Notes under the pieces: generated by a model
The model's input: only the letters and a program-made list of their open reading frames with translations
Database searches by the model: none
Told to the model about the DNA's origin: nothing
Part shown: one piece after another, positions 41,322 to 56,060 of the stretch
Layout: every line of letters begins with the position of its first letter
How positions within the stretch are numbered: the first letter of the stretch is position 1
Assembly: GCF_022045235.1 (NCBI RefSeq)
Contig: NW_027266297.1
Coordinates: 71,114,001-71,178,000, forward strand
Direction of reading: 5' to 3'
Origin: Haliotis cracherodii
Taxonomy: Eukaryota
Length of the DNA: 64,000 nucleotides
Made by a program: the position numbers and the translations under genes

Positions 41322-41582
41322 TAACCGTGAAGATCCGGTTAAGAATTGGTCTTCAGCAACCCATGCTTGTCTTAAGAGGCGATGGGCCTGTCGTGAGAGG
41401 CGACTAACGGGATTGGGTGATCAGGCTCGCTGACTTGGTTGATGCATGTCATCGTATCCCAATTGCGTAGATCGATATTCATGATGTCAATAACTGGATT
41501 GTCTGGTCCAGACTCGATTATGTACAGACCGCCGTCATATAGCTGGAATATTGCTGAGTGTGGCATTAAACAACAAACAAAC
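41322..41582 (+). mobile_element. SINE-like family B, near full length
   Basis: Head CCGTGAAGATCCGGTTAAGAATTGGTCTTCAGCAACCC through to the (AAAC)n tail. Confidence 0.88.
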
Positions 41583-41779
41583 ACACATGTATTTTCAGGA
41601 TCAGTCTAGTTGGTTCACAGATACCAGTCCAACACGAGGACCAATGCACGGTGACGTCATGGGTATCATACATCATATCTCAGTGCAGCTTCCAGCTGTT
41701 GAAGGTAGGTTACATTCAAAAGTCAATACATAGTACCACAGTCCCATTTAAAAGACTTGTGACTATTTTTCGCATTGGG

Positions 41780-42025
41780 ATTCACGTCTCTTTTCATAAG
41801 CATGGTAAATATAAAGGCACAACATTTTCAAATTATAGGCATCATTTGTAAGAAGTTTCTTAGAATTAAAAATATTGTCATGTATATTTTGTGGAAGACA
41901 TTTCATTTAAATTTCACCATAAGCTGGACACATAAACATGATATGAAATTCATCTTCTATACCGATTTTACATGATGGACATATTCTCCGTGATATATCG
42001 ATGCTTTGCCATCTACCTTCGTTTA
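41780..42025 (-). mobile_element. Non-LTR retrotransposon ORF2 C-terminal relic (RTE-X-like)
   Basis: EGRW....RRICPSCKIGIEDEFHIMFMCPAYGEI, a CCHC knuckle. Confidence 0.7.
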
Positions 42026-43323
42026 CTTTGGGCTTGCTACGGGAATACTGCTGATGGAATATTACTGCGTGAATACTACTACTAGAAAACAACTGCTGGA
42101 ATACACTTGGAAAAACTACTGCGGGAATACTGCTGCTGGAATACTGCTACGGGAATACTGCTGCTGGAAAACTACTGGAATAGTGCTGCTTGTACGATTT
42201 TGCTGGAATACTGCTGTTGGAAAGACTTTGCTTGAATACTGCTGCTGGAATACTTCTCGAATACTGCTACGGGAATACTGCTGCTGGAATATTTCTACTG
42301 GAATATTGCTGCTGGAATACTTCTATGGGAATACTGCTACGGGAGTACTGCTGCTGGAATACTGCTACGGGAATACTGCTGCTGGAATACTGCTACGGGA
42401 ATACAGCTAGTTAATCAAATATAATCCCTCAAACAATATTAAGCAAGATATAATACCTCAAAAGTAGTTGTTAATACACAGTCCAGAAAAAACAGGGCTT
42501 TTTGTGTTAATATACATAAAGATGCACACGCGGGTACATATAATGGAATATGTCTGCGTATGCATATGTTGATGACACATACATTGGCTCATCTCACTTT
42601 AAATTATACATAAAAGGTGAATAAATAATTTAAACTTCCCGTGACGACAAACACTGACAAACATATCCTGAACATTAAGCCATTTATTAACCAAAAATAT
42701 ACACATAAACATTAATACACGATCGTCATATACGAGACATAATCTTACAACACTGTGGCTCACCGTTCATATTTAAGGTGCGAATTTCACATCCATTAAC
42801 ATATCCCTACACTTTTAATATTAATATGTACCTAACTATATGTATAAAAAGTCTCTCGCATATAACATAAATCAGGCAGTCCTTCAATTCCATTTTACAA
42901 AGAATCCTTTCAAGGGCACATCGGGACACATAGTCATGAGTAAATCTAAAGTTTGTGTTGAATCAATTATCAGTGCGGGGTGTCCCATTAGACATAACAG
43001 GGGCAAACTATTATAGTCTGTTGTACTGCTTCTGTTGTATCTAAAGCATACGAATCAAGATGTACTGGTCAATCACCTCAAGATGTACTGGTCAATTATC
43101 TCACGATGTACTGGTCAATCATCTGAAGATGTACTGGTCATTCACCTCAAGATGTACTGGTCAATCATCTCAAGATGTACCGGTCAATCATCTCAAGATG
43201 TACTGACCAATCACTCTAAGATGTACTGGTCAATCATCTCAAGATGTACTGGTCAATCACCTCAAGATGTACTGGTCAATCATCTCAAGATGTACTGGAC
43301 AATCACCTCCCGAACAGTTCTGT

Positions 43324-44400
43324 TTACTTGCATTTGTCGTGGATGACTCCGGCTCCCTTCTGTTTGTACTCGGCCGCCGTAACCCACATGGACTGGAAGT
43401 CGTCCAGAGCGGCCAGGGTGCTGCCTCCAATAAAGGCTGCGTGTTCTCGGTGTTCCGAAGCAACAACGTTAGCATAGGCAGCCCTAGTCTTCACCTCCTT
43501 CTTCACACGTTCCACGAACCCAGTGGCGAGAGTAGGGCCTCCCGCAAGGACGATGTTGCCATGCATGACCTTCTGTTGTTCAGCAGTGCACTTCTCAATG
43601 GCCTTATTCAAGAGGGCGACGACCCCAGAAGTTGACAGACCTCCAACTGAAGGAGTAAAGAGGATCTCTGACGTCTTGACCATCTCGCTACCAAGGGTGA
43701 CGACCTTCCCGTCTTGGAGCTTGAATGTCTTTTGGAAGGATGTATCTGATGCTTTGGCAATCCCCAGATCATTGCTTTTAGCCACATAGCACAAGCTCTC
43801 TTTGATCTCCCGTACTGCTTCTGTGTTATCGGACAAATTGTAGCCCTTCTCAGATAGCTGTTTGCAGAGGAACTCGCCATCTCCCATTCGATGCACAACA
43901 TAGATTCCAGGGCTGAAATAGACAGCTGCAATGCCTTCACGTCAGTGAATTAGTTAATGAAGCGGCGTAAAATCCATGGTTATGGCCTCCCTGCATGAGT
44001 ACGAGAATCTGCACTTTACTAAGAAAATGTTTTCCCAAATATATCATTTGTTACATTTGACAACTTTCTAAATGACATTGTGTATCCATAGTTTTCGGCC
44101 GGTATCTAGAGGTCTACACGTTAAATATATTACCTACTACGTTACCTGATATACAAAGAAAAGTGTCAGTATTACGTTTATGGACTGTCACGAACAATTC
44201 ACTTTGCAGACACTCCGGACGATGTTGACGACATTTCCTCTGCCCGAAAATGGAAATAAAGCTTTGTGTTTTGGGGACCATATCTAGAATCAATGTAAAC
44301 ACGTGCTTCCAGATCAGCAGGGCCTTATATGGAGATAACATGCCACAACCTCAATGCTTGGTTCAATGTCGAGATCAGCGCTGGTGCTGCAAATGTGGAA
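43324..44400 (-). pseudogene. Truncated pseudogene of the divergent actin-like gene
   Basis: Only the C-terminal ~184 codons remain (43324-43877). Coding exon 1 is deleted (junction GACAGTCCATAAAC|GTAATACTGACAC at ~44175), as are the acceptor and 5' part of exon 2 (junction at ~43878). The TATA box is mutated; CArG CCTTATATGG at 44323-44332 is retained. Confidence 0.9.
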
Positions 44401-44547
44401 AGTTAAAAGTGTGTCATGCCAAAACGAGGCTTGGGAAACCCCAATGTCATGCTGGAACGTGGTTGGTGAGATTTCGGTCATGCCAGAACGAGGCTTGGGG
44501 GATTCCTGTGTTTGTGTTCACTGGAGCTGAGCACATTCACCTCAAGG

Positions 44548-44905
44548 TGAGGTGAGGTGAGGTGAGGTGAGGTGAAATTGTGTTTAACGTCGCGTCCAAG
44601 ATTATTGCACTTATATAGCGACGTGCATGCACGTGTGTGTGTGGCTGCTTGTACTAGTCCGGACTGATGCCGATTTATAGTAATAGCTCACTGAGATACC
44701 GTGCCGCAGTTTAACATGAATACCCCACTCAGACACAGTATACTGACTCCGAGCCGACCAGTCCTTGTTTTAGCCCCTTAATGCCGAGCGCCAGACAGGG
44801 TAACAACAAGTACCATCTTTTAACGTCTTTTGGTATGATCGGGATCGAACCCCGGACCTTCCGCTCTCCTGGCGGACGCTTTACCACTAAACCATGGAGG
44901 CGGTC
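44548..44905 (-). mobile_element. SINE family A with a 12-bp TSD
   Basis: TSD TTCACCTCAAGG (44536-44547) / TTCACCTGAAGG (44906-44917). A box TGGTTTAGTGG, B box GGTTCGATCCC, (CACCT)n tail. Empty site at about 24735-24746. Confidence 0.92.
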
Positions 44906-45014
44906 TTCACCTGAAGGAACCACATGGATGTTGCCATTTCTTTGACTGCCTCAAACAGTTAAAAAACAATACAATGTTTGATAAACAAGATCCGAACACC
45001 CTGCACAACGGGAG

Positions 45015-45790
45015 GAGAGGATATATTCTACTGTCTGTGTTATCAGGATATTGTCCATCCGGGGATTGCAGGACGAATCAACTTACTGGTGTGTCACGGT
45101 ATTGTCCATTCGTGGAGGACAGGACAAATTCTACTGTCTGGTGTGTGACGGTATTGTCCATCCGGGGGAGGACAGGACAAATTCTACTGTCTGGTGTGTC
45201 ACGATATTGTCCATCCGGGGGAGGACAGGACAAATTCTACTGTCTGGTGTGTCACGGTATTGTCCATCCGGGGGAGGACAGGACAAATTCTACTGTCTGG
45301 TGTGTCACGGTATTGTTCATCCGGGGGAGGACAGGACAAATTCTACGGTCTAGTGTGTCACGGTATTGTCCATCCGGGGGAGGACAGGACAAATTCTACT
45401 GTCTGTGATGTCACGGTATTGTCCATCCGGGGAGGACATGATAAATTCTACTGTCTGTGATGTCTGGGTATTGTCCATCCGTGGAGGACAGGACATATTC
45501 TACTGTCTGTGATGTCACGGTAATGTCCATCCGTGGAGGACAGGACATATTCTACTGTCTGTGATGTCTGGGTATTGTCCATCCGTGGAGGACAGGACAT
45601 ATTCTACTGTCTGTGATGTCACAGTATTGTCCATCCGTGGAGGACAGGACATTTTCTACTGTCTGTGATGTCACGGTATTGTCCATCAGGTGAGGACAGG
45701 ACAAATTCTACTGTCTGTGATGTCATGGTATTGTCCATCCGGGGAGGACAGGACAAATTCTACTGTCTGGTGTGTCAGGGTATTGTGCAC
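45015..45790. repeat. 52-53-bp minisatellite (GGTATTGTCCATCCGGGGGAGGACAGGACAAATTCTACTGTCTGGTGTGTCAC), about 14 units
   Basis: Direct tandem repeat with two subtype blocks. Confidence 0.95.
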
Positions 45791-48138
45791 GGGTGAAATC
45801 ATATTTTCTACTCTCCAGCGAGAAAATGGCAGTTATTATCTACCAACTTCCGGTTTGGCATGGACAGCGCTTACCCACTGTGTGTTGTTCTCGTGAGAAC
45901 GCACTCACGTGTCTAATTCGTCATAAAATTTAGGCGAGTATGAGTAGTACTATATATCCGTGTGTTCGCCAAACGGTAGTTGTCTATTTCCGTTTTCGTT
46001 CGTTATGTATTTTCCAGCAAACAGTCCAGATGTGTTGAGAATATTATAGCTACCCATCTTGAATTACATGAACTAAAGTAACAGTGTGTTACTCCGCTCT
46101 TCTCGATTTTATTTTGTTCCATTACCTGTGTAAACTGTATAGCTCGTAGACAATACATATTGGCTCGTATTTCCTTTTAAAAGGTGGACATTTGTAATAA
46201 TATTTTTCCCTCTGCAATTCACGGACAAGGCATATTCAACAAAGACAGAAATAACCAGAAGATTAGATACTGATAAAATTACATCTGATATACGCGACCA
46301 ACAAATGAGGACAACCTCTGAGACTGTGGGACCAATATCGGAGACGAAGACAACGCGGCCAACATCTGCGACGACGGTGTCAAACTCTGAGACGACGGGG
46401 TCAACATCTGAGAGATGACGAGACCAGCATCTGAGACGGCGAGGTCAACATCTCAGACGACGTAGATAATTCATAGATATCAAGGTATTGTTACAACTTA
46501 ACCTAGAATCTTTCGATTTCAACTCGATTCGAAACAAGAATTGTCAATACAGGCATAACCAAAGTAAAGTGGACCTGAAATGTTTGATAAAAATTACGTG
46601 ACAGACACTAACCTCGAATATCGACTAATCACTTGATCACTATTGACCTGTCACGTGATCGATATTGACCTCGTCTGCTAGAAAACAACGTAGCATCTCC
46701 GCGTGGTATTACACGGGTCGCCGATATTCCTGGGGGAAACCTCTCCTGAATTGTAATTGCAAGAAACAAGAAGACTGCAAATAAAATAAAACTGAAAATA
46801 ACCACTTATACATGAGTTTCGGTATAACAAAACAATTGATTACTCTTCACGGGGTGTTTATGCGAAAACAAGGACCCGAGGTCCAGTAGGACCACCTCAA
46901 CAATGATCACGTCAAGGTTAATTATTCGTAAAATCAGACTCAGACGTCTTTTTTCAACAACAAACCATGAGGTCATTAAAAAATGGTGTCACAAAATGTT
47001 AGGCGAAATGAAAATCAACAGCGAAAACCCACTGCATCCAGTGTCGGCTGATACTAGGAAAAGGTGAGCTCCTGTCTAGTGCGTCTGTGCAGAGTTTCAC
47101 TCCTTAATAGTCCCAGGATCCGCTGATCATGGGTTGAGTCTTGGTTTCTCTGCACCATACCTGCGCTCGTGGGTGTCATGGGCAACGTGCAATTCGTACC
47201 TGCATCCACACCTGCAAAGAAGAAAAGACCGCAACAGACCGCGATGACCGCCAGGTGCGCCTCCAAACGTAAAGTGACAGATTCAGATCACCATCAAGCT
47301 TAATCGCTGCGTTTTGGGCCATCCTTACATCCTTAATGTTCGAAATTTAATTTAGCGTCGTTAATATCTGCAGGTTACCTTACTCTTTATTGAAAACACA
47401 ATACTTACATAAATATGTTTTATACATTTTGGTTTCTTTCACACAACCACATCACTGAAATGCAGTTGGTTATGTTTTCACGAATGGAATGTGCCATCTT
47501 CTCGGGTGATTTGGGACAACAGCAGGTATATATAACTTGCCAATGTAAGAGAACAACCAGGTACATTGTCTGGTTGTCAGGAGTAATATGAAAGAATCGG
47601 GTCTTCTTTAACTTCTTTTGTGCTGTATACAACCGGGACTCCTTCAACAAGTTACCTTTACCACAACGAGTGTACATGGAATAGAATCACTTGGTTTAAC
47701 AAATAAACTATTATCAAAGTACTTTTCTTCACTCAAACGGAACTAATGGACTCAGCTTTTAAAAAATAAAACTTTAGTTCCGGATCAATAAACTAATATA
47801 TGAGATTAAAACACCTTCCATCGAACTCATCACCCGGATGCATTAATCTATGCCTGCAAATAGTACTCACCCACATTAATCAAGAGAAGTCTCTCTAAAC
47901 TCCCTACACGTGTTTAACCTTGTGACGCCTGTCTATATAAGTCTATTTATAATCCCTTCGTGTGTTTAATTTGGGTCGCCTGCCTATATGTCTATTTAGA
48001 CTCCATACAAAGAGGATATCTTTCTGTTTGACTGGACACAACTGGTCGATGGTCTCTGACCCTGTACCACGTATTTGGCTTACTAAAGTTAGAACTCCAC
48101 CCACCGACTGCCAGGTTTAACAGATAGATGGTATAACA

Positions 48139-48560
48139 ATGGTTTATCATCCCAAACTGGCTCCCACAGGAGATATCGCTGGGATGAAATCAAGCGATAT
48201 CTACACTGTAGATATCGCTGCAATGAAATTACATCACAATGCTTTGCAGACCATTGTGACGTCACTGGTTACCATGACGTCACAATCAAATGACATCACT
48301 AATGGCTCTGCTACTGAAGCTGTTTGCAGTACTTTTTACACTGAAGACACTCCTAATTACTGTCTACAAATTGGAAAAGTTGAAAGAATGATGTTGGATG
48401 ATAAATAAAATCTCATCCTCGTGTCTTTTGATATCAAATATTTCAACACTCGTTGATAAAAGTGGCAAAAATCCTCGGCAAGCCTGGGAATTTTTCCACT
48501 TTTATCAACTCGTGTTGATATATATATCAAAAGACACTCGGGTGAGATTCTCTATTTATC
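48139..48560 (+). mobile_element. Non-autonomous element with an internal IR plus a terminal palindrome (same architecture as 3451-3873)
   Basis: TTTATCATCC (48143-48152) is inverted at 48396-48405, followed by ~70-bp arms around CCTCGGCAAGCCTGGG. Confidence 0.65.
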
Positions 48561-48840
48561 AATAAGGAAGATACTTTGGTTTTGCTCAGTTTGTAAAATT
48601 TATCGTGGGTGAATATAATTTTATTTTAGAATGTCGTGAATTGGATCATTTACGAAATACATATCATCCATCCAATTGTGGTAAATATATTTCCCTTGTG
48701 AAGCTCTTAAGAGCAGCTCAGTATATTAAATATGGACAGGGTATGCACCACTAATTGTTAACCATGATTGTGTATATTTGTTGTGCTTGTCAACTTCTCC
48801 ATGTCACCACCGTGATTCATGAGAATATACATCTTCTACT

Positions 48841-49011
48841 CGGGCGGTGGGTTAGCCTAGTGGTTAAAGCAATCAGTCATCACGCCGAAGGCCTGGGTTC
48901 GATTCCTCACATGGGTACAATGTGTGAAGCTCATTTCTTGTGTCCCCTGCCGTGATATTGCGGGAAGATTGCTTATATAAAGCGGCGTATAACCATACTC
49001 ACTCACTCACT
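48841..49011 (+). mobile_element. SINE family D
   Basis: A box TAGCCTAGTGGTTAAAGC, B box GGGTTCGATTCC, (ACTC)n tail. Confidence 0.88.
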
Positions 49012-49039
49012 TTTCTGTACGGGTTATTCATGGGAGCGG

Positions 49040-49405
49040 GACCGCCTCCGTGGTCCAGTGCTAGAGGTCCGGGGTTCGATCACAGGCCGCGTCACACCAA
49101 AAGACGTGAAAAGATGGTACTTGTTGTTACCCTGTCTGGCGCTAGGCATTAAGGGGGCTAAAACAAGGACTGGTCGGCTCGGAGTCAGTATACTGTGTCC
49201 GAGTGGGGTATTCATGTTAAACTGCGGCATAATATTTCAGTGAGCTATTACTATAAATCGGCATCAGTCCGGACTAGAACAAGCAGCCACACTCGCACAC
49301 GCACACGCACACGAACACGCACACATACACACACGTGCATGCCTGTCGCTATTTAAGTGCAATAATTTAGACGCGACGTTAAATCCCATTTCACCCACCT
49401 CACCT
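49040..49405 (+). mobile_element. SINE family A
   Basis: GACCGCCTCCGTGGTCCAGTG...GGGGTTCGATC...GACTGGTCGGCTCGGAGTCAGTATACTGTG...CACCTCACCT. Confidence 0.9.
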
Positions 49406-49697
49406 GTCCTAATACATGACGTTTACATCAGTCCCTATCCGGATAGAATACTGATCTGGTCGGACATGGGAAGAGGCCTCAAGGGAGATAACTGTGTCAG
49501 CGTGCCATGCCCAGCTGTCGTGTCAGGCGCAAATTGGCCTCTTGTATACCAGTTCTCCCACAAAGCACATTTGTCATTCGGTCTCCTCAGTTCTATTCAT
49601 GTGATAAGTACAGAACATTCATGCACGCATTTAGTTAAAAATGATACACAAGATAACGAATCTTGAAACGTAATATTCGAAACTATAATGGTGAATA

Positions 49698-49859
49698 CAG
49701 TCAACTGAGGTTATAACGAACACAAGGGACCACTGATTTGAGTTCAGTATAACCGTAGTTCGTTATTCGCATACATACAGCAAACGTCCAGGACCAAATA
49801 TATGTTCGTTATATCCGTCAGTTCGTTCAAAGCGTGTTCGTTATAAACGTATTTTACTG
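49698..49859. mobile_element. pogo/Tc1-type MITE (TA TSD, CAGT termini), degenerate
   Basis: TA|CAGTCAACTGAGGTTATAACGAACAC ... GTGTTCGTTATAAACGTATTTTACTG|TA. Confidence 0.7.
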
Positions 49860-50001
49860 TACATGTAAATATATATACACAATCCAGTGAGCGAATGATG
49901 CGTGCACTGTTGTATCGTGTGTGTGTGTGTGTGTGCGCGCACGCACGTATGTGAATGTGTGCGTATAGAGATTCATTAACATGAATTAAACTCGGGTCTT
50001 T

Positions 50002-50655
50002 GGGTCTGTAAGTAATCGAGTCTGGACCAGACAATTCAATGATTGATATCATGAGCATCAATCTACGCAACTGGGATACGTCTACATGCATCAACCAAGT
50101 CAGCGAGCCTGACCACTTTTACGGCAAGCATAGTCGCCCGTTACGGCAAGCATCATATTTGAAGTGGGTGGTTCTTCCAGACCCACGATATATGGATTTC
50201 AGCACGATCATGAGCCTCTCTGTGCAATTCGGGTAACAAGGGAGGAGGGTGAGAACCCGTGGGTCAATGTACTACAAGTGGGAATTCTTGCAGCATGGAT
50301 ATGCGCGAGCATGTTGCATAACGCCGCAGAGAGCAGTAGTCTCGCTATATCACAGTGTTAGTAAACTGGGTAATGTCAGAGAAACCAGTCACTGAGAGCA
50401 TGAGCGACAGTCGACGTTGTTGGGGTACGATGTTACGCATGAAGTCGCCGTGTCGGGCGATCTGATTGTTGTTTGTTTATTGCTTAACGCCGCACTCAGC
50501 AATATCCCAGCTATATCACGGCGATCTGTCAATTATCGAATCTGACTAGACAATCCAGTGATTGATATCATGAGCATCGATCCACGAAATTGGGAAACTG
50601 ACATACATCAACCCAGCCAGACTGACCACCCGATGCCGTTAGTCGTCGCTTTCGA
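50002..50655 (-). mobile_element. Two partial SINE family B copies (~50002-50150 and ~50468-50655)
   Basis: Homology to the family B body. Confidence 0.75.
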
Positions 50656-50779
50656 CATTGAAAAGATACCCAAGTTTCACCCTGTGCTCGTTTCGCTAGC
50701 ATCATCCCCGATATGAAACAATTTGCCGTTTAATTTCGCGAGTGTGTGCGCGGGCGCGAGTAATGGGTATAGTATTCCT

Positions 50780-51014
50780 TTGTGCAGAGTTGCGTCCCTT
50801 GGGTACGTCAGAAGCCTCTGATTGTGTTCGAATCCCCGTTCACCCCAATTATGTTTCTAGGTTTGTCAGCACCATACCCGTGCTCGTGGGTTTCATCGAA
50901 GTGGTAAACGTCGGAGACCTGCATCACTTCGGGCTTACCCAACACATTAAGCTGACACGACGCGATATGCCTGGATAATTGCTAAAAGCGGCGTAAAACC
51001 CCACTCACTCACTC
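50780..51014 (+). mobile_element. SINE family C (5'-truncated), (ACTC)n tail
   Basis: Shares TGTGCAGAGTTGCGTCCCTTGGG...TTCGAATCCC with 11746-11805; its 3' body matches the reverse complement of 32197-32365. Confidence 0.75.
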
Positions 51015-51358
51015 AAAGTTAACGTCAAGCTAGAATATTGCGGAGTACGGCGTTAACAAAACTTCTACACATAGAGGTCTCACTTGTTGTGAACACATTG
51101 GTGTTCTTGAGAACAATAACCTTTGATGATTGATAACAGTAACATAATTGAAAGGTATTTTTTTTTATTTGTTTTTTTTTTCTTTTAAAAAATGTAACAA
51201 AAGTTGCTGAAACAATAAAATAAATTGCCGTTCATTATGTCCAACAGACGTGGGGAACTCAGCCGGGCGTCCCTCGGAAGTGGTCCAACCCCACAGAGCT
51301 CCCCCCGCCCGTAATACAGAAGGAGCAGATCACGTCTTATATCAATGCAGCCAAAAGT

Positions 51359-53460
<2,102 letters not shown>

Positions 53461-53542
53461 TTAAGTTTTAAGGTTGACAAGAAGTGATATGCTCCTGACT
53501 GAAAGCCGGTCTTGAGTGAACACCTTCGCTTGGTAGCCTGTC

Positions 53543-53763
53543 TATTTATACCGCCCGACCATGGGTTCTCGGAAAGAGCGGTTGAGATTGCCATATAAGG
53601 AAGTTTCATGTCACCATATATGGCAATCTACGCTACAATGACGCTCGCCCATTGTGATTGAGTGGCCCATGCTGTAAGCGACGAAGGGCAGGCCGACTAC
53701 AGCAAGCATTAATACGTGTTCCTTGGAGCGTGGAATCCACGTTTTAACCTCCACCAAATATGG
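53543..53763 (-). promoter_or_regulatory. Actin 4 promoter: TATAAATA plus three perfect CArG boxes
   Basis: TATAAATA on the minus strand at 53543-53550; CCATATAAGG 53591-53600; CCATATATGG 53614-53623; CCAAATATGG 53754-53763. Confidence 0.85.
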
Positions 53764-54836
53764 GAACTGGCGCAGTGAATGCATTCTTCTTACAATGTTT
53801 ATCATTAGCAGAAAATATGTGTGTTGAGAGCCGAGACAAGAGTTGTAATATCGATCTCCGAATTACTGCGTCGGCAATCGATTTCATGAGTCACACAACA
53901 TTAACACAGGGCGCGACAGGCGATGAGGTCGAAAGTGCGCACTTTGCAAATATATCTAAGGATTGGACCCTCGTTAGTTTGAAAACTAATATTTAGATAA
54001 TGTATGTGAAGGACATTTTAACTTCAACAGTTTAAGACTGACACGGTAATAAAGTTTGTTTTGAATTACTACTTTCATAAATATATCTCCTTACGACAGT
54101 GTTTCTTGACAGAAGATGTTGACTTGATACTATTAAGCCCAAATTATTTTAGACGCGGTTTTAATACCTGTGATTATCGATTGCACGTTTCCATGGCAAC
54201 ATGTGCCATCTGTCACCGAGGACCGGGAAAGACAATAGAGTCACACAAGGCTGGGTTGGTTCATAGATGTGGCATAAAAACTGCATTATACACCGAATTG
54301 TATTTCAAGAAGCATGTGATCACTTATTCTATGTTCACATGTATTTAAACTGATGTTGCAGTGGACTGAACGTTTCGCTTAATATGGGCGATATTTTTCT
54401 ACAAAATATGGCCTTCGTTTGGAAACAATACCTATTGTCCTTTCCAACCAACCAACCAACTTGTATATTCTGTCGAATTTGAATGCTTAGATTTCAATAC
54501 ATTCGTCAAAATAATCATGTAGCCTATATTTAATTGTATGTGCCATTTCCAAACAGTTATTGATATTTAAAAAGGTTTGGTTGGAATGGAATTAAAGATC
54601 ACCATTATTGTTATTTGATGTTTACTTTCACTCGAGGCAACATTAAGGCCATTACTGACCAGACTTGCAAAACTGACCGAGTTCGTGATTACACGTCAGC
54701 ACGTATACAGTATACAGCTACCAGAGCGCCACGCTGAGTCGGAGGTATTGAGTGCTATAATTGATATACACCAGTTACATTAATTCATCTACATTATCGC
54801 TATGGTGCACATGGTGCTTCGACTGTTTGTACGTGA

Positions 54837-54871
<35 letters not shown>

Positions 54872-55832
54872 GACCCCCTGTAGTTTACACCAACACGGCC
54901 CAGTGTAGGCCGGGGTCACGTGACCCACAACTGCCGTCAGTTCATCTAAAATATATGTTTTTTGATCAGGCCAGTTAAAGTGTTCCTGGTGCATATTCAT
55001 CTACGAATCTCGAATTCATTTTGTTTTTAATGAACATGTGTCATGTCATTTAGAAATGTAATGTTATGGTGCGATTTAACATGACGTTATCGTGTTCACA
55101 TTGATAATTCTAAAGTGATTGTTCTGGAGAGGTTTACTGTAAAAGCTGAATTTTCGGGCAATTGAAAAATGTTTTAATGCAACCAACATTAAATCGTCAC
55201 AATAACATACATGTTTCCATACTCCGACACCTGCATGGTATAGTATACACAAGGACGGCACGTCAGTATATCCAGGCTGCATGTGTATATGGCAGATTGC
55301 ATACACCCTGTGTTATTCTATAAACGTGTTGAGTAAGAATAATGAATAAGTTCTTTTTATTTTTATTGGTGAATAAAAACCGTCGCAAATGATGTACAAT
55401 GAATGTGACTAACAGACGATATCCCCGGTGAGAGAGTGGGATAATATATTATAACCACCACTAGGAAGTAGCATACCTTGTCGATGACGTCACACTGACC
55501 TGGGGTGGGATCAAGGAAGACAGTTGTGTTTCAAGGTTACAGTGATGTCAGTTATCAACATACACGTTGTTATGTCACGACTACCCCCGGGGTGGGGGTG
55601 GGGGGTTGGATCAGGTGTCCAGTGAAGATGACCGTTTGTATAATCACCCGTCGTCCCGCATTGCGTCAGTGATTGATCTGGGTTGTATATTTCCATGTCA
55701 GATCTCCAGGGGTATTCCCATCTCCATATATACAGGGGGAAATGTTAACCTATGTTAATAAGTACAGTTTGTGCGAACGGTATGTAATATCTATCGAATG
55801 CCCCTCTGTCACGATGTATATATTTTATGGTA

Positions 55833-56060
55833 CAGTCATGCCCCGCTTATACGGACTTCAGATATCCGGAAACCTCGGTTCCCGGACGATTTTCATTCAA
55901 AACCTCTATGTTTTGTGAATGAAAATGACCGTCCGGTTCCGGAAACTGAATTTCCGGATATACGGGTAAATTTATATAGTAATTATTTCGGTTTGAATGA
56001 AAATCGTCCGGGAACCGAGGTTTCCGGATATCTGAAGTCCGTATAAGCGGGGCACGACTG
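55833..56060. mobile_element. Young pogo/Tc1-type MITE, 228 bp, TA TSD
   Basis: TA|CAGTCATGCCCCGCTTATACGGAC... with ~70-bp TIRs that differ at one position, ending ...GGGGCACGACTG|TA. Confidence 0.92.

Larger units (their letters stand above)
42040..44960 (-). repeat. Inverted segmental duplicate of ~24690-31640 (divergent actin-like locus) with multiple deletions
   Basis: Collinear reverse-complement matches to the upstream region, promoter, intron pieces, the 3' part of exon 2, the 3'UTR, the 23-bp repeat and the CAG-rich repeat. Confidence 0.9.

Noticed and set aside
43878-43896. 190-aa ORF as a functional truncated protein
   Set aside because: The start derives from intron sequence fused by a deletion; TATA and exon 1 are lost, and half of the actin fold is missing.
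42040-44960. Inverted duplicate as an uncollapsed haplotype
   Set aside because: Flank divergence, several independent deletions and a copy-specific SINE indicate a real, older paralog; orientation across the gap still needs long-read confirmation.
47054-47266. Signal-peptide-like ORF, or a small exon after a TTCTTTGCAG acceptor
   Set aside because: Non-ATG start, no recognisable domain and no partner exons; cannot be supported.
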